A DNA stretch of 64,000 nt. It comes from Balanoglossus misakiensis. Lineage: Eukaryota > Animalia > Hemichordata. The stretch lies in assembly GCA_040954595.2 (NCBI GenBank), contig CM082580.2:9650390-9714389 (forward strand). Reading direction: 5' to 3'. The notes beneath the pieces were generated by a model. The model had not been told where the DNA came from. It made no database searches and worked only from the letters and a program-made list of their open reading frames with translations. Of this stretch, positions 38,314 through 52,599 are shown in pieces (position 1 is the stretch's first letter; each line of letters opens with the position of its first letter). The position numbers and the translations under genes are program-made.

Positions 38314-38931
38314 ATGGCGAATTTACATGTTCCCAGTACGTTTGCGCCTCCCAGGAATAATTTACTTCACCCGGAAGATGCCGAGCGTCCGAAGGACCCC
38401 CTCCCGCCCCCGCCGAGGCGCTCGGTGGCCAAACGGACGATGCGACCGTCGAGTCCGATACCGGTGATGAAGTGGGAGAAACTACCTCGGAGCTTGCCTC
38501 CCATTGGAACCCGGGCGACGTCGCCGCATCTTGTTCGCAACAGGAAAGGGGAAACAACCTCGGCGCAACCGCCGCCGTCTACCGCCAACCGGTACGGGAT
38601 GTCGCGGTCGCAGTGCCAGCTGACGCTCATCTCAGAGAGCGAGGACGAACCGGAACACAGCACGGAGAACCTGTCCGTGCGCGGTGCTGTCAGTTGCCCG
38701 AACAGCCCGCTTCTGGGCCGGCGAGCGCAGCAGCAGCGGCACCCGTCGAACGTGCTCACGCAAGGCTCGTTCAACAAAGCATTTGCCTACAATACGGGAA
38801 GGGACATCGGCGAAAAAGGTGGCCACCTTCATTCCAACAACAACTCGGACAAAACGGACAACGACCAGAACAACAAAACGAACACCAACAACGAGCGTAA
38901 ATTTATTCTCCCCGAGATCATTGTGCAGTGA
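38314..38931 (+). CDS. Uncharacterised proline/serine-rich 205-aa protein, single coding exon
   Basis: GC-rich ORF standing out from AT-rich flanks. Strong acceptor (ttcttgtttcag, 38292), an in-frame TGA just upstream of the ATG, Kozak-like gaagATGG, and AATAAA at 39061. Confidence 0.7.
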   Translation: MANLHVPSTFAPPRNNLLHPEDAERPKDPLPPPPRRSVAKRTMRPSSPIPVMKWEKLPRSLPPIGTRATSPHLVRNRKGETTSAQPPPSTANRYGMSRSQCQLTLISESEDEPEHSTENLSVRGAVSCPNSPLLGRRAQQQRHPSNVLTQGSFNKAFAYNTGRDIGEKGGHLHSNNNSDKTDNDQNNKTNTNNERKFILPEIIVQ

Positions 38932-41902
38932 TACCGGACTGAGACCGCAAAGATTCAACTGGTGCTTTAAACTGCCCCTCCCCCTTGAGTGAGGGCGTTC
39001 ATTATCAGTCGCACCATATACACGCTGTGAACAAGTAGTCGACAGTCAATGAACACCCGAAATAAAGCCTTTTCGGGAAATTTCTGTCCTCTGTGAACAA
39101 TTACGTTTTGAATCGGGCCCGACGTGTGGTAATGTGGCTCGACCACTCGATGGGAACACATGCAGCGCCAATTTTACGTAGGTGTGACATTTGCTAAACT
39201 GTTGAAGGAAAAAAAAATCCGTTCGCAGTTTGATCATATCATTGATCTGACATTTAGATTAACCATGTTCATCATCGGACATTTCTCAGTTGCCATAGCG
39301 TATCCGGAGAACAAATATGGTTGCAATGGTATTTTTAGCTGGGTATCAAACACTGTTGTCATAGTAATGGAACTGTAGTGACTCCGCCCGGGGCGATGAC
39401 GTCAGACAGATTACTGAACATCGTGCAAATTAATGAACGAAGAATATTGAAAATTAAAAACACACAGTGAACGCGCGATTAGATAAACGGAATAAAACAA
39501 TTGGTCTCAAGGGTGCGTCACTAACCACGTGAAGACATTTAAATCTTTAAGCCATATCATCTGTATTGATTCAGTTTTTTCTATGGACTTCATGCACGTG
39601 GATTTTGAAACCATCACATAATTTTATACTATGTCAATTTCTGACATAATTGCGAGGGCATCGCTACACATGAATTTCGTACAGAGCGGGGCGGACAGAG
39701 TGAATAAATCAAGCACGTTTCTACCAAAGTATTTCTTATATTTTACCTCTACTACGAGAACTGTATATTTCAGCATCCTTTCTTACAAACAGCACGTCGA
39801 TTGCACTACTCTGTGGGAACAATAAAACAGCCTACCAGTTATGGCATGGGTGTGCGTATGAATGTTGAATGTCCGCCAGTTTCTTTAATAGGCACACCGC
39901 TAAATACCTAAGATGATATGCAAGGTTAAGACTTCACTTTAATATCCGCTCGGGCTCCGTCTATGAGAATCACACCCTCATTACACTTAATGGACGCGGG
40001 CCTGTTCTTTGCAATAATCGTCAAGGCCGAAAGGACAATGAACCCGGTGTATTTTTTTTCCGCGATGATGTCAGTTCGCTTCCTCCCACAATGTAAAGGA
40101 AAAAACACACCTGATCTTGCATCTATGCCTTTCTGTGGCTCATTTCCACTATCTGTTACAACCTTACATGAATATCGTGGATCGCATCATTCAATGCAGC
40201 TGTGGTGATAAATGTGGGAATCTAGACATCTCTACTCTAGTATTAATCGCCGCGAGTTAACAGCTGAAAACAGTCGCCCGCAGCCTCGTAACCAATCCCG
40301 CCTCTCTTACTTGCCAAACCGATGTAATAAAAACCCCTTGTCAATTTGGTGTCCCGCAGAATGAATATTAATTCGATCCTTGTCAGTGACACTCATCATC
40401 TCTGACATACTTGTGTCGCTAGATTTAGAAAACCATTTAAACTATAATGTGTATGCATTTATGTACATGGCATGTACATTTCCCCCAGGTCACAACCTTA
40501 CAGAAGGGACGAGCTATAATCGCGAATCAAGTACTGTAAAATGGCCAAATTTATGGAGTACTAGTAATCTATAAGGCGTGCCGTACACCACATTATCTAG
40601 TATCCGCAGAAAGCGTTGGGGGTGTCATTGTCAAAGCAATGTAAAAATACGACATTAATATTATCATTTTAATTCTTGTTAACCATGTTATTTTTATTGT
40701 TGTTAGGTTTACTGAACACCATCTGGCGTGTCAGCTGCATTTAATTTTGCTAATTTGAAATCGGAATAGATATTGATTGTGTGTTGAAGGTCGCTAGCTC
40801 TTGCGTGCCATGACAACACATCGGAACTATTGTTGGTGACGCAAAGATCATGCAGCTGACGTGACATTTTTGACTTTAATTTGTCGAACTAGCGACCTGT
40901 CTGTTCTAAACGTGTGTCACATTTAGTGACAAGGACCAGGGCATGCGATTTCACCGGGGAACAGATTCCGATAGTGGAAATACCTTTCAGCGTTTTAGAG
41001 TGCTGGTGCTGATACATGTACATAAATTACTGCTGAGCTGAAATTTAAACACTCCGTGGTTAAACCTGGACATTTATTATGTTCAACACAAGCCTATATA
41101 ATATACTAGTAGTATATTTTTCTTATTATATTTTTTCGTAAAGTTACTTTGTGTGGTTGCCAAGCGATGACGATGATGCAGGTGATGGCGGCGTCACCTT
41201 TCTTGTCACGTGTTACACGGGCTCAACACGAAGTATTCTACTGTACCTTTAAACTTAACGTACGGAGCGAGTGTTATCCGTTGACCTACATGCATACATC
41301 CATTGTATGAACATACTGATTTAGTGCTAACCATACGGTGCTACACTGCGTTTAATAACGTTGTGCAAGTTTGATACAAACAAGTGATACGCCCAGCGCT
41401 GTCGCCAGCGTCACTCGATTGAAAAATGACAGACGATTGCCTGTATTTCTGTATTACATTCATCATACAAGGTAATGGAAACATAGTCCAAATTACCTGA
41501 GGCTGATTGTCAGATAATCCCCAAACGTCATTAGTTATTGCCATTATATTCTTCACTTTACTCCCACCCGCGTTGTAGCTCACCAAAGACCTGCTCAGAC
41601 GTGTCGCGTTAACAACGCTTATCACCATCAACCCGCCGTCTGAGCTGGAATAACTGTTTCCAAATCACAATACAAGTCATTCATGTGTTTCCTTCTCGTA
41701 ATCGAAACTGTCGTTTCCCTATTCCTGGTGGAATATTTTACAAGAATTGAATATTAATGACAGAGAAAAAAATATATTCTACAGTATCGACAAAGAGTGA
41801 AATATCACTATGGACGAAAGGGATGGGACATATGTAGTTTGATGGCGAAGAATTTATCATCATGAACGCTTCTTGATCGCATTTTCTGAGTGAGAAAAAT
41901 TG

Positions 41903-42300
41903 AACAAGAGAGGTCGAAAACGAACATGTTGTGTACGGTTGAGTAAACGACCTACATTTGGACACAGTTACTGAAAATACCCCCCCCCCTCTAGAAATTA
42001 CATGTTTGACTTCAGTAAAACAGGCCAACATTAACAGCAAGGCAAGCGACCTAAATGTCAGATATCGATTCTGATATGATTTTACTAATAGCACAAAATG
42101 AAACAAAACATTCACCAAAATTGAGCAATATTTTAAAATTTCGCCAGAATTTGATCAAATCCGATTGCGCCCCTGCCGACCAGTATTGAACAATGGCTTC
42201 TGAAAAGAAGTCAGATGCTGATGGACGACGGACAGACAGACGACCGGACGACGACATGCAACCGACGCCTCTGATTAGCTCAGCCTCGCTGACAGTGGAG
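41903..42300 (+). mobile_element. Helentron-associated non-autonomous element (HINE/DINE-like), degraded
   Basis: Begins AACAAGAG; contains a gacgacggacagacagacgaccggacgacgac microsatellite followed by tagctcagc, the layout typical of HINEs. Boundaries approximate. Confidence 0.45.
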
Positions 42301-45300
42301 AACGCCATCTTGGATGTTCTTTTCGCGGGACTAAACTGAATATTTTCAATCTGTTACCGCCAACAGAGACTTGTTTTTGCTGTGATGTACCCTTTATTAA
42401 TAACTATAATTCTCACTGATAGATTGCATGGCATCTTGGCAGGAAAGGGTTATTGTCTGTCACCTCATCAACCCTTAAAGGATCATGTGGCCGACATAAA
42501 AGTTATCGAAGGTCAAACAGGTCAGTATTGTGGGGCAGGCATACATGCGACACGTGATCTCGCACCTCATTTGTGTGTAAGACGTCTATAATATCTTGTC
42601 TTAAAACAACACTTACACCGGCTATCACGGTAAAAAAATGACACCTCGCATTAAAAAAATTACTATTAATTTTAAGCTATCATGTCATGTTCACCCTGGG
42701 GTGTGGACCGAGGAGGAGATACACGTACTCGCATAGTGGCCAAACTCGATCATGACATTGGTTCCGCGCAGGTCGCCTGCACACCTTAGCCAATCACGTG
42801 ACATTGGATTAACGGCAACGATTGCCAGCAGACGATGCGAGGCGTTAAAGCGCATGTATACGACGATCTCTGTCGCGTATCCTAAACTTAGCGCAAGGTT
42901 ATCGCCACGTCATCAAACGGTCACCACGCAATGCATCACTCAGTGTGGGGCGTTTAGTATTGACAAATGTGTAGACGCCCTGTCTGGGTTTCAAATTTTA
43001 TGATTTAGCCCAGAAATATCACTCATCACAAAATGTGTCAGCCTTTATATCTGACGAGAATTAGGTCTCATAACAATATTTTATCGGCCTTTATGAGTTT
43101 ACTCTTCATTTCCTTGAGTGTTTTTTTTTATTTCCCCTACCGGTTTCGCTTCAAATATTAGTCACTGACCTATATTTTCACATATGATAAGTCAAATTTA
43201 TGGTGCAGTCCTCTCCGAGTCGTGCGAATAAATTCACCATTGCTCACTGATTAGTCATTGTCAACATTATGATTATTCCGCAAACAACCTGCTGACTATG
43301 TTAGATCTAATTGCATAACGGATTGATTGCAAGTGTATACCAAATTTAAGAAACCGAATTAAAGAAACGTTAGTTCAGGCATAGCGGAAATGAAAAAAAA
43401 TGTAATCAAATTAACTCTGGTGGCCATGTTAGATTGTCTTACGAGATACATTGGTGGGCATACTAATGCCACAGAATACTGAGTCGTCCAAAGTTTTGGA
43501 CTCAGTTGGTCAACACGCCCCGAGAAATTATGTTGATGAAGGTCTACAGGCTTCCTAAATACACTGAGCTCAATGTTCAGTGCATTGAATGCAGATTACT
43601 GCACAATGGCACAATTTCAACTGAAAATTGCACAAATTGTAAGCGATCTTTGACCCACATTCACATGAACAACACTAACGTCTAACTGACAAGGTGATCG
43701 ATCATTTTATAAGGCCAACAGAGTTTCCAGGATTACCTCTACATGGTTGTGAAATATTCGTTTTGCAAACTAAGGAGAACACTCGATTCACATCCTGTTA
43801 TCTGTAAGTACCTGTAACCTTTCGGAAGGCATCGGTGTGCATATTGTTGAAATCTCGGTTTCCCCCCTGAAGAACCATTTTCCCTGAAAACCTGAAAGAG
43901 GCGGCTGGAGTGACTCTGTACTCAAGGATACTTCATTTCTCGTTGATGTCGAATAGATGTCGGACAATGGATGAATGTGAACTCCTGAGAATTCTCAGAA
44001 GAGCCTCGAACGAAGTAGGTGTTGTTCGTGGAGGCAAGAAGTCACATTTACTTCGACGTGATTAGAAAACATCTGCTGGAAGTTGATGTTCGAGAGAAAC
44101 TATCCTTCACAAACCACAAGTGTTATTTATGACAGAAACATGGGGCGATGTTGCACAAATTGACATGTCAATCATTCACAATATGTATGCCATTATGAAC
44201 AGCTGACTATATAGATAGCACACCTCGCATAGATACAATGGGTATATTATCAACATATCTGGCTATTTTTCTTGGGGTGGGGAGAGAATATTGCAAGAGA
44301 CTGACGTCATAGGCTTTTTCTAACTCCTATCAGCAATGACTACAATTTTGAAGGATGATAAATAAGATAAACTCGCATCTTCCTTCTTCCTGTGCCGCAC
44401 GTGTGACTCAGGCTGGTTATGGGTCTTGTGTTATTTGTTGAAATAAAGTCAACGTTTTTAGCCCAATCATATCGTAAATTTGTACTCGGAAATGAAAGCT
44501 AACTGAGCAACAAGAAGGCGCACGAGGGACACCATTAGGGGCATTGACTGGTGGTACGAAGATGTGGCAATTACGAGGACGATGACGGCTAATTGAACTG
44601 TTGCTGGTCGTAAATACATAGGAATCATGGCAGATAAACGCTTTTTATGATTGAGACTGGGCTTTAAAAAGACAGGGCCGGTAGGATGCTCAAAGAAAAT
44701 GTCGAGTGCGCAATAAATCTAAAAATAACGAACGAAAGTGGAAAGAGAAACGAGATCAATATTACAAATTTACGGTGTTATTTTGATTGAAACGCTGGCA
44801 TGATTTACTGGCGCGGCCGGGGGTTTTGCACGAGGGGCTTCTCTGATAAAGTTATTTGTTAGCCGTCCACACGGTGGCGGTTTTTGTCGTAAAAACGGGA
44901 ACAGGCAAAATTGCAAACGAAAGAAGCGCCTTTGCTTCCTCCGAACACAGGACTGGGCAGTTTTAGATTATTCGTACTTTCTTATCATTACGACAGAGCC
45001 GTAAGAATGCTTTAAGACACAAATAGCAAGCGAAAAGTGGAAAAAGCTATACGGGTCCTGCTGACAGCTACGATTTTTTTTTAAATTCCAAGGACGGCAA
45101 ACACATAATTTTATTAGGGTCGCCTAATGGTATTATATTGTCTTTTTGCACTCGAATCGATTCAACGTGGCCATTTAACTTCTTTGTCATTTCAGATTAT
45201 GAAAATACACACCACATGCGCAACCATACAACGTCAAACGACGGTAAGGCTTCTTCTTTGCTGGAATATTCCCGGCGATATGTTTCCTGTCTCGGTCCCG

Positions 45301-48300
45301 TCCTCCTGGAAGTTTTGAAAACTTCCAGACACGAGAAGCGATAAAGGCGCGGAGTTCTACGTCTTCCTGCATTAATTTTGAATGCCTCCCCTGCCGCCCT
45401 CACTGATACCCTCCCCTGTGAGGGTAGATCGCTCCAACAACGAAAACACGCCGTTTTCTAACGACTAATTGAGTTTTGTCGAACCACTCAGTCGGTATTA
45501 GCGTGTGATGTTTGGCGGGGGTCGATCAATTCGATTTGTGTGAAAAGACATCCTTTCAACCACTTAACCTCGATCACGATTCCAAGAAGAAAGGGAAAAA
45601 AGCGGATCGGGTTCGTTTCACTATCAAATGGAAACATACGGCACCGGTATCATCATCGGACACGGCTGGCTACACACCGCGATCGCTTCATCGACGCCCC
45701 GCCGAGACAGGTGACGAATCAAGGTCGACTTTGCATTTGAATCTACTTCTGTTTTTTTTTTCAAGTGGTTCTTGATGGTCGGTCGCGTGTGATAACTGAT
45801 CAGAAGCAAGCGGCACAGCCCTATAACAATTCATTTCATTTGTAGTTGAAATAGATTATATTCACCGGTCATGAAAGTCTTACTACAGTGAGTTGTCGAC
45901 CTTTTACCCAGAATGCAATTGTTATAATGTGGTTGGACCCCCTAGCACGAAGTCAAAACCTATTTAAGGTAGCCAGAATGTTCATGTCATATCGTCATCA
46001 CGCTATTTGAAATTTCCATCTGTTAAAAAAAGAACGGCAAGATATCGATGCAACGTTTTGATGATTGAAAGCCAGCCAAATGGACACGCATGATAAAACA
46101 CTGACAATAGCATGTAATTGATGACTGTAATGACGTCCCCTTCAATGACATTACCATCGAACATTGTGATCTTTTCTTTTTTCAAAAGCCACGTCGATAA
46201 TGTTGACGACAGGGTCTTCTCTCGAAGGTCGCTCTTAATTACCCATTAGCTACCTTCCATTACGGAGCGGAGATGAATTTTTATAGTGTACAATTTTCAC
46301 TCCGAGACGTTATATCTTTGATGGGAGTGCTGTGGCGTGTGAGTAAAAACGCGCATCCCACACCGAGGTGCGTTGACAAATGGTAGCATTGGTTTTCTGT
46401 TTCGTACATCAGTGTATTTTTTGTGGTGTTATTTTTTTATTCAGATATCCGCTGTGACTCGCATAGACACTTGTTACACAAGCCGTGCGAAGTGCCGATT
46501 ACGCGTAGTCGTCATCAGTCGCCATGGCAACTCGGTACTTGTTGGTGTTGGTTACTGTACAGTCGCACCTTGAAGTAGCTGACGGCAACACTGCCCATAA
46601 ATCGGGGTCGGAGGTTGAACAAAGAGTCTAGCATCAGCGCGACTGAAACTTCAATAAATTATGCCTGTGTCAGGGGTCCGATAATTGCATTATAATTTAA
46701 AAGCCATTCTCTCTGAGAACAAACCAACTTGCGTTTTCTGTGCGCAATGGGACATACTTGCTAGAACATTATATTGAACATGTTGGATCGCAAAGGTAAC
46801 GGAAGTGCTTGTTCTGCCTAAGCACCAAATAAAACCTATGAAACATTTATGTGAACAAAAGATGACTAACCATCATTTTAGGCTGATGATTCTTGTTAAT
46901 CGCAATATGCATAGCGTATATACTGTTGCATTTTCTGCGTGCCACGCGCTTTAAAGGGAACGACCTACGGATTGACCTACTTACAATTAAGTTAAACTCT
47001 AAGCATTTCAAGAAAATCTGCCTTTCTCCACTATAATCCTTACATTAGCAGTATAAGATGTGATGTGATGCTCTATACGTGCAAACAGAAACTGTTTACA
47101 TTTTGCAATATGGTTTAACGGGCCATGGTATCTGAATAATTTATATTGCTGGCACTAGGCCCTGCAGCCATAGCAACGATATTTCTTTGACAATGTCAAC
47201 CCAATTTCCCAATATGACAGGTGCTGTACTTAGCATTTCAATACATCAAAGTATGCCACATAAAACTTTAATTTGAACTTTTGTTTCTTTTCAGATAAAG
47301 ACACGTCACATCCGCCATTGTGTACATGACTACATAGGCCTGCAATATTTAATACATGTATGCATTTCTCAGTATGGACAGTTATTACGGAAAAGGCGTT
47401 TGTGATACGTTACGTTAAATGGTGATCGCGAGTGATAAATTTCCTGTATTTTTTATTTACAACATCGCTGGCAAGAATTCGAGCGATATTCAGTAGTAAA
47501 AACAGCGTGATCTAAAAACCCTATTTCGGACGTTTTAACTGAATTGAATTCTACACGTACGACAAATATCGCTTTGTTTTGCCCGGCGAGTGAAGAATTT
47601 TCTCCCATAAACAGTGCACGTCACCACAATTCTATTCTATAGAGGTCACTTTCTCCATTGAGTGTATCCCCTTCTCTCGCATGTACAGCATGATTTATTT
47701 TGTCATAAATATAAAAAAAGATATAACATTAGTCAGTATATTTGAAAGAAAAGAGCTTACGGCCAATTGGTGCGGCCTTGTTCAGCGAAGACCGCCGCAA
47801 TGCATCACGGACAGTATTCATACATACTTGAAAGGCTGATTAGTGCTTTAGTCGTTGAACTTTTCACCTTTACTTCAATGATGCTGGTGTTGAATTGAGT
47901 ATTATTGCAATTTAGATGTGAATTTACAGATAATATGAGGATCGTTGAGCACAACAAAATGTTGCGTCAAATGTACGTGTACAGGCGGAATGGACATTGT
48001 TAGAGTAACTCTTCGAGGAAAAAAACATAACCGCAATATGATGATCTGAACCTTCTGTTTTCTCAGAAGATGTACAAAACATTCCTAGGTTAAAAGGAAT
48101 ACAATATATTGAACGATTCCGGCTCCACATTGCTATATCTAATATAGATCAATTTTCATGTGGCACAGAGAGACGGGGGTAAGGAGAAGTCAACCGATCG
48201 CGTGACTCCACGCATGGTTTCAATTCTGCTATGAATGTCGTTAATTGACATTTCAATTGCGCACGCTTTTGATGTGGCAGGCCGGGGTGTATTTATTCAC

Positions 48301-48435
48301 ATTTATAGTGTAACCGCCAAGAACCATCGCACGATATCTCAACCAAGGCAAGGCAAAGCAATTATCTTTAGGAATATGTGTAAGATATGTTCAGCACAGC
48401 ATATCACTGCCACAGCACAGCGTCACTCTGCACCA

Positions 48436-48513
48436 CACTACACTACACTACACTACACTACACTACACTACACTACACTACACTATACTACACTACACTA
48501 CATTACACTACAC
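48436..48513. repeat. (CACTA)n microsatellite, ~15 units
   Basis: Directly visible, with two variant units. Confidence 0.95.
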
Positions 48514-51500
48514 AACGGATTACAATGGTGAAACTGGTGTAGGTCACAGTTGCACAACATTCAGTGTAGCAACCCACGACAGGTGAATCCAAGACATCTT
48601 GTTTAGGGACTTGTCGACAATGAAGTTTAACTGGCGTATAAAGGTGAAAGACAGCCGCAGTATAATTCTGTCATAATGGCACGGCCAAGGCGACGACCTT
48701 TGAACAGTACGTGTTTACGTCAGTGGGTGATTATCACGTGTCCCATGGTACCAAGATGTCTTAAAGATCTATTGCCGTGTTCATGAAGACGAGCCTCGGG
48801 TCCCCGCGCTCGTAAAGGGCTTAAACTAGAAACGCAATAATTTATATGATTTTCAAATTTAAATTTGCTTTCCGGCGACAATACAAGTTATGATCCTTGG
48901 GAAGCTGGGACCACATCGCATGTCAACAGAATGAACTTTGAAGAGATTACGAGAAATCCTGCCTGACACAGAATCTAACGACCTGAAAATGCTGAATCAG
49001 TTCACAGCACAGAAAACGAACGAGTTGTGAAGGTCTGGAACAACACAATAAGACTGTTTTGAAGATAATGTTTCTGAAAGCGATCTCGACTGAACATGCT
49101 TAACATTTTACCCCGGGCAAAAATGGAAGGCCAGGTTGCTCGTATAGCAATGCTCGACTTTTTAACGGCCCTAGCCCTCATTATAACCTGGAGATTAAAA
49201 ACCATCCCAGCACACAGCGTGGTTATAATATTTCAAACTTTGGTGCCGTAACCCCACCTTGGGTCGCAATACGTAATTAGTTTACGGACCTAATGACAGT
49301 TTTTAACTTATTCACCTCCAGATGGTGATAACTTAATTTTCTGAACACACCTTGAAGGAAAGATCGTTTTTGGGGGGACGTCGTGTGTTTGCACTTATAC
49401 TCCGCTGATGGCAGTACCGGTTGACGTCACAGCGAAATGGACGGCGTGGCTGATGACTGGAATCGGCCGGAGGGCACAATCACCCAATCGTTTTTTTTTC
49501 TTTCTCAAAGTGGCGTACAGTTCCAAAGCACTTCACCCGCAACGCAATTGTCTGCGAAAGCTTGCTCAAGCCTTCAACATTGGCGGAATAGTTTAATAGA
49601 ACCAAGTTGTTATATGTTTTTCATGGCGGTCAGCCATGTTGTTGGACACAAGTATCAATTAGGCAAGGGTGCATGAGACCTTCACTGCTCATTCCACTTT
49701 TCCCTGATTTCCCCCGTCACCCACTTCCAAACGATGCGCTCGGTGAAGAGATGGACAACTTCGAAAATTAGATTAAGTATTCGATAATTGGGTTACTTGC
49801 ATTGCGTACTCGGACTGATTCAATTTAAACTGTGCGTCACGTACGCGCACGAGGAGGACGCCAGCTTCGATCAACAGGTGTCGTCTGGACATGCCCATGA
49901 TAGAAGCCCGGATGTGAATTATAATGACTATGGATTGCCTTGTCACTGAACTCATTCCCAAGTCATTCTGACGTTCCCATTTGTTACACTCACCGTATAC
50001 AATCGTTGACTTGCCACGGGGGTAAAGACATAAATCTTACAACCCTGAGGTTGGCGAATTACCCCGAAAACTATTTTCAGTGAGCAAAATACGAAGGAAA
50101 GCTCTCATTGCTGGAAAGGGGGCTGATTAAGCTCCGATAATGTGTATTCATAACATCATCGAGAAGGTTGCCCTCTATCGTCTAAATCGACCGCATGTAC
50201 GAGAGCTTGTTTACAGTGAATGTTTCTGTAGAGGGTGCGCTTTGTCATGCCCGGCGTCTACTATAAAACGCGTGCTCAATGGTTTGCTCTACAAAGTTTC
50301 TAGGGAAACGTGAGAAAATAACTGAAACCTACCGTGCAAGAATGGCGTGTACGACGTTCCAGCTCACATTCCCATGTTTCCCACACACACATGTCCAATC
50401 CGTGTAGACTTGCGTTCATCTTGTGGTACGCGAGATCTCCGTTTTCCACAGTCAATTGCGCACTGTTCACGGGAGCCTGAAATCCTTCACGTGTCCCTCT
50501 TGCGCCATGTTTAAAATATTCTCTGTCATCCAGTGTCGAACTGAGAGCAAAATCGTTCCATTTCGCTTGAAAACGCGGCCGTGGCGGAGATATCCGTGTA
50601 TGCGTCCATACTGGTTGGCGTGACCAGAACTGCAGTGACATGCGCATTCATCTCACCTCGTGGCAAATCGGTGTGCACCTGGATCGGTGCAGTCATGTCT
50701 GTTAGCCAATGAGATAGCTGTATTATACCGTGCTATTGTGTCAGAATTTCCATCGCTAATGACACCAGGTGCGTAACGGCGCGATGTATATTAATAGATG
50801 TGATAGCTCCGCACAACTGGACCATTATGGGTTTTTCTCTCCAAATTTACCCGTTTTTTTCGTAGTATAAGTAGGTAATTCAGTCTAAACATTCGGCCTC
50901 GTGCGCTTTACAGCTTGTCAGCTAAAGGAGCGAGGTTTAGGATTGTATACATATTTCCTAATATCAACGTTTGATTGACCCCACAAGTAAACAAACACTT
51001 CCACAATACCAAACCAGACCACTGAGAATTGGTAGTAGATATACAAAACTGTGGCCAAAGTTGTGACAAGCGCTTGGTTGAGCAACCGGTTGGAACCAGC
51101 TGGGAAACGCGGTTTCTTACAACTTTGGGAAATACAATAGCGCTGGGATGGGGTACCAGCCATGGTCACCATGCGTTAACAGGATGCCAAACAAGAATAA
51201 AGCTGGCGAAGGATTCTCACGGAAATATCTCCTCCCGCCGAGAAAGTTGAAAGAGAAATGTCGTGTTTCTCATCTCTCGTCGGAATATAATTCATTTTCA
51301 GTTCATCCATCAAACGCTGAATGTAATAATAGTTCTTGCATATATAGTGACGTTATATTAGAAGCCGTGTCTGCAGGCATAACGACATATCTATCATGTA
51401 AGGAATCTAGACGTTTGCACACAGGAGGGTCACCAAATTGATGACAATATGTGAAGAACATGACCATAAAATGCGTGATCTGACTTCATCTCTGACTCGC

Positions 51501-52599
51501 AGTCAGTATGAAAGATATTCCATGTCTCCATCTCCTTGATCAGTCAACTTCTTTGCATAGGCTTCGGCAAAATCCATTATTATTTTGAAGATTAAGTTCC
51601 AGTTTACATTGCGGGGCTCCGATACTGTGGGCAAAACTGGAACGACTGTCGAAGTTATAAGTATTTTTAATTATAGGCAGGTCACCCGTTATCATAAGAC
51701 CACGTGATTTGTAGCAAAAGGAGATGACGTCCAATGACATTTACAAAAACAGCGAAATTTAAAGGGTGTATATATTCAATACACATAGACAGTCAGACAC
51801 ACAAACACACGCGCGCACGCTCGCACATACACACACGCACGACCCCTTCCACACACGCACGCAAAACAGCCAGTGGTATACCTATAGGCCTATATATGTG
51901 ATGGTACCTGCACTTCGGAAATAATGACACAATATGAAAACCACCATTAAAATTTGCGAGAATGCCATTGTCCAAAAAACCTCTCACTCTGTCCTTCTAT
52001 TTGTATAGACGTCGCCTACAATGTCACAAATTATTAAAGCTGCGGGTTTGGCAATGGGTTTGATTATGAAATTGTACAATTACTGCATTGTGAGAGCGAG
52101 ATCAGTGACAGATAAACTTAACTTAAGACATCCACTGTCGTTCCTGTGTCTGGATTGTACGTCGACAACATCTTGTTAACATACTGTTTACCCCGTTTTG
52201 GAAATCGGCGACTTCAGAAAATTTTGCAAGTCTATCATTATCGAAATATTGCTTGATTCCCGCGTTAAAATGCTGTACGAGATGAGCCCGGAGTCGCTCA
52301 TAATATCGGTAGGTCAAATTTAGTACTATTTACAGCATTTTTTATCTTGCCAATATTTTACAGTAAATATTCATTTTATATGTGTTACTTATATATACAT
52401 ACACTGCGTACTAAAATCGTCCCTGTCTATGTGTCAAAGTCTCAATATGATTTGATTTTATGATTGCGTGATTTATCATAAAGCGGTAACAGTCGCCGTA
52501 GCTTTATAGTCTGGGTTGATACGTGAAACATTTGAGCTGGAAATAACAAACAAATATTAGGCTTACTGTCGCCATAACAATACTTGGAATACTTTGCAG

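Noticed and set aside
38258-38992. Overlapping alternative-frame and antisense ORFs around the 205-aa gene
   Set aside because: Expected shadows of a GC-rich coding exon; no independent splice or start support.
49206-49392. CCCAGCACACA..GTGTTTGC possible MITE ends
   Set aside because: Right terminus incomplete and no TSD.
51500-52599. First coding exon of ABCG copy 1
   Set aside because: No ATG-containing exon with a convincing phase-0 donor could be identified by eye.
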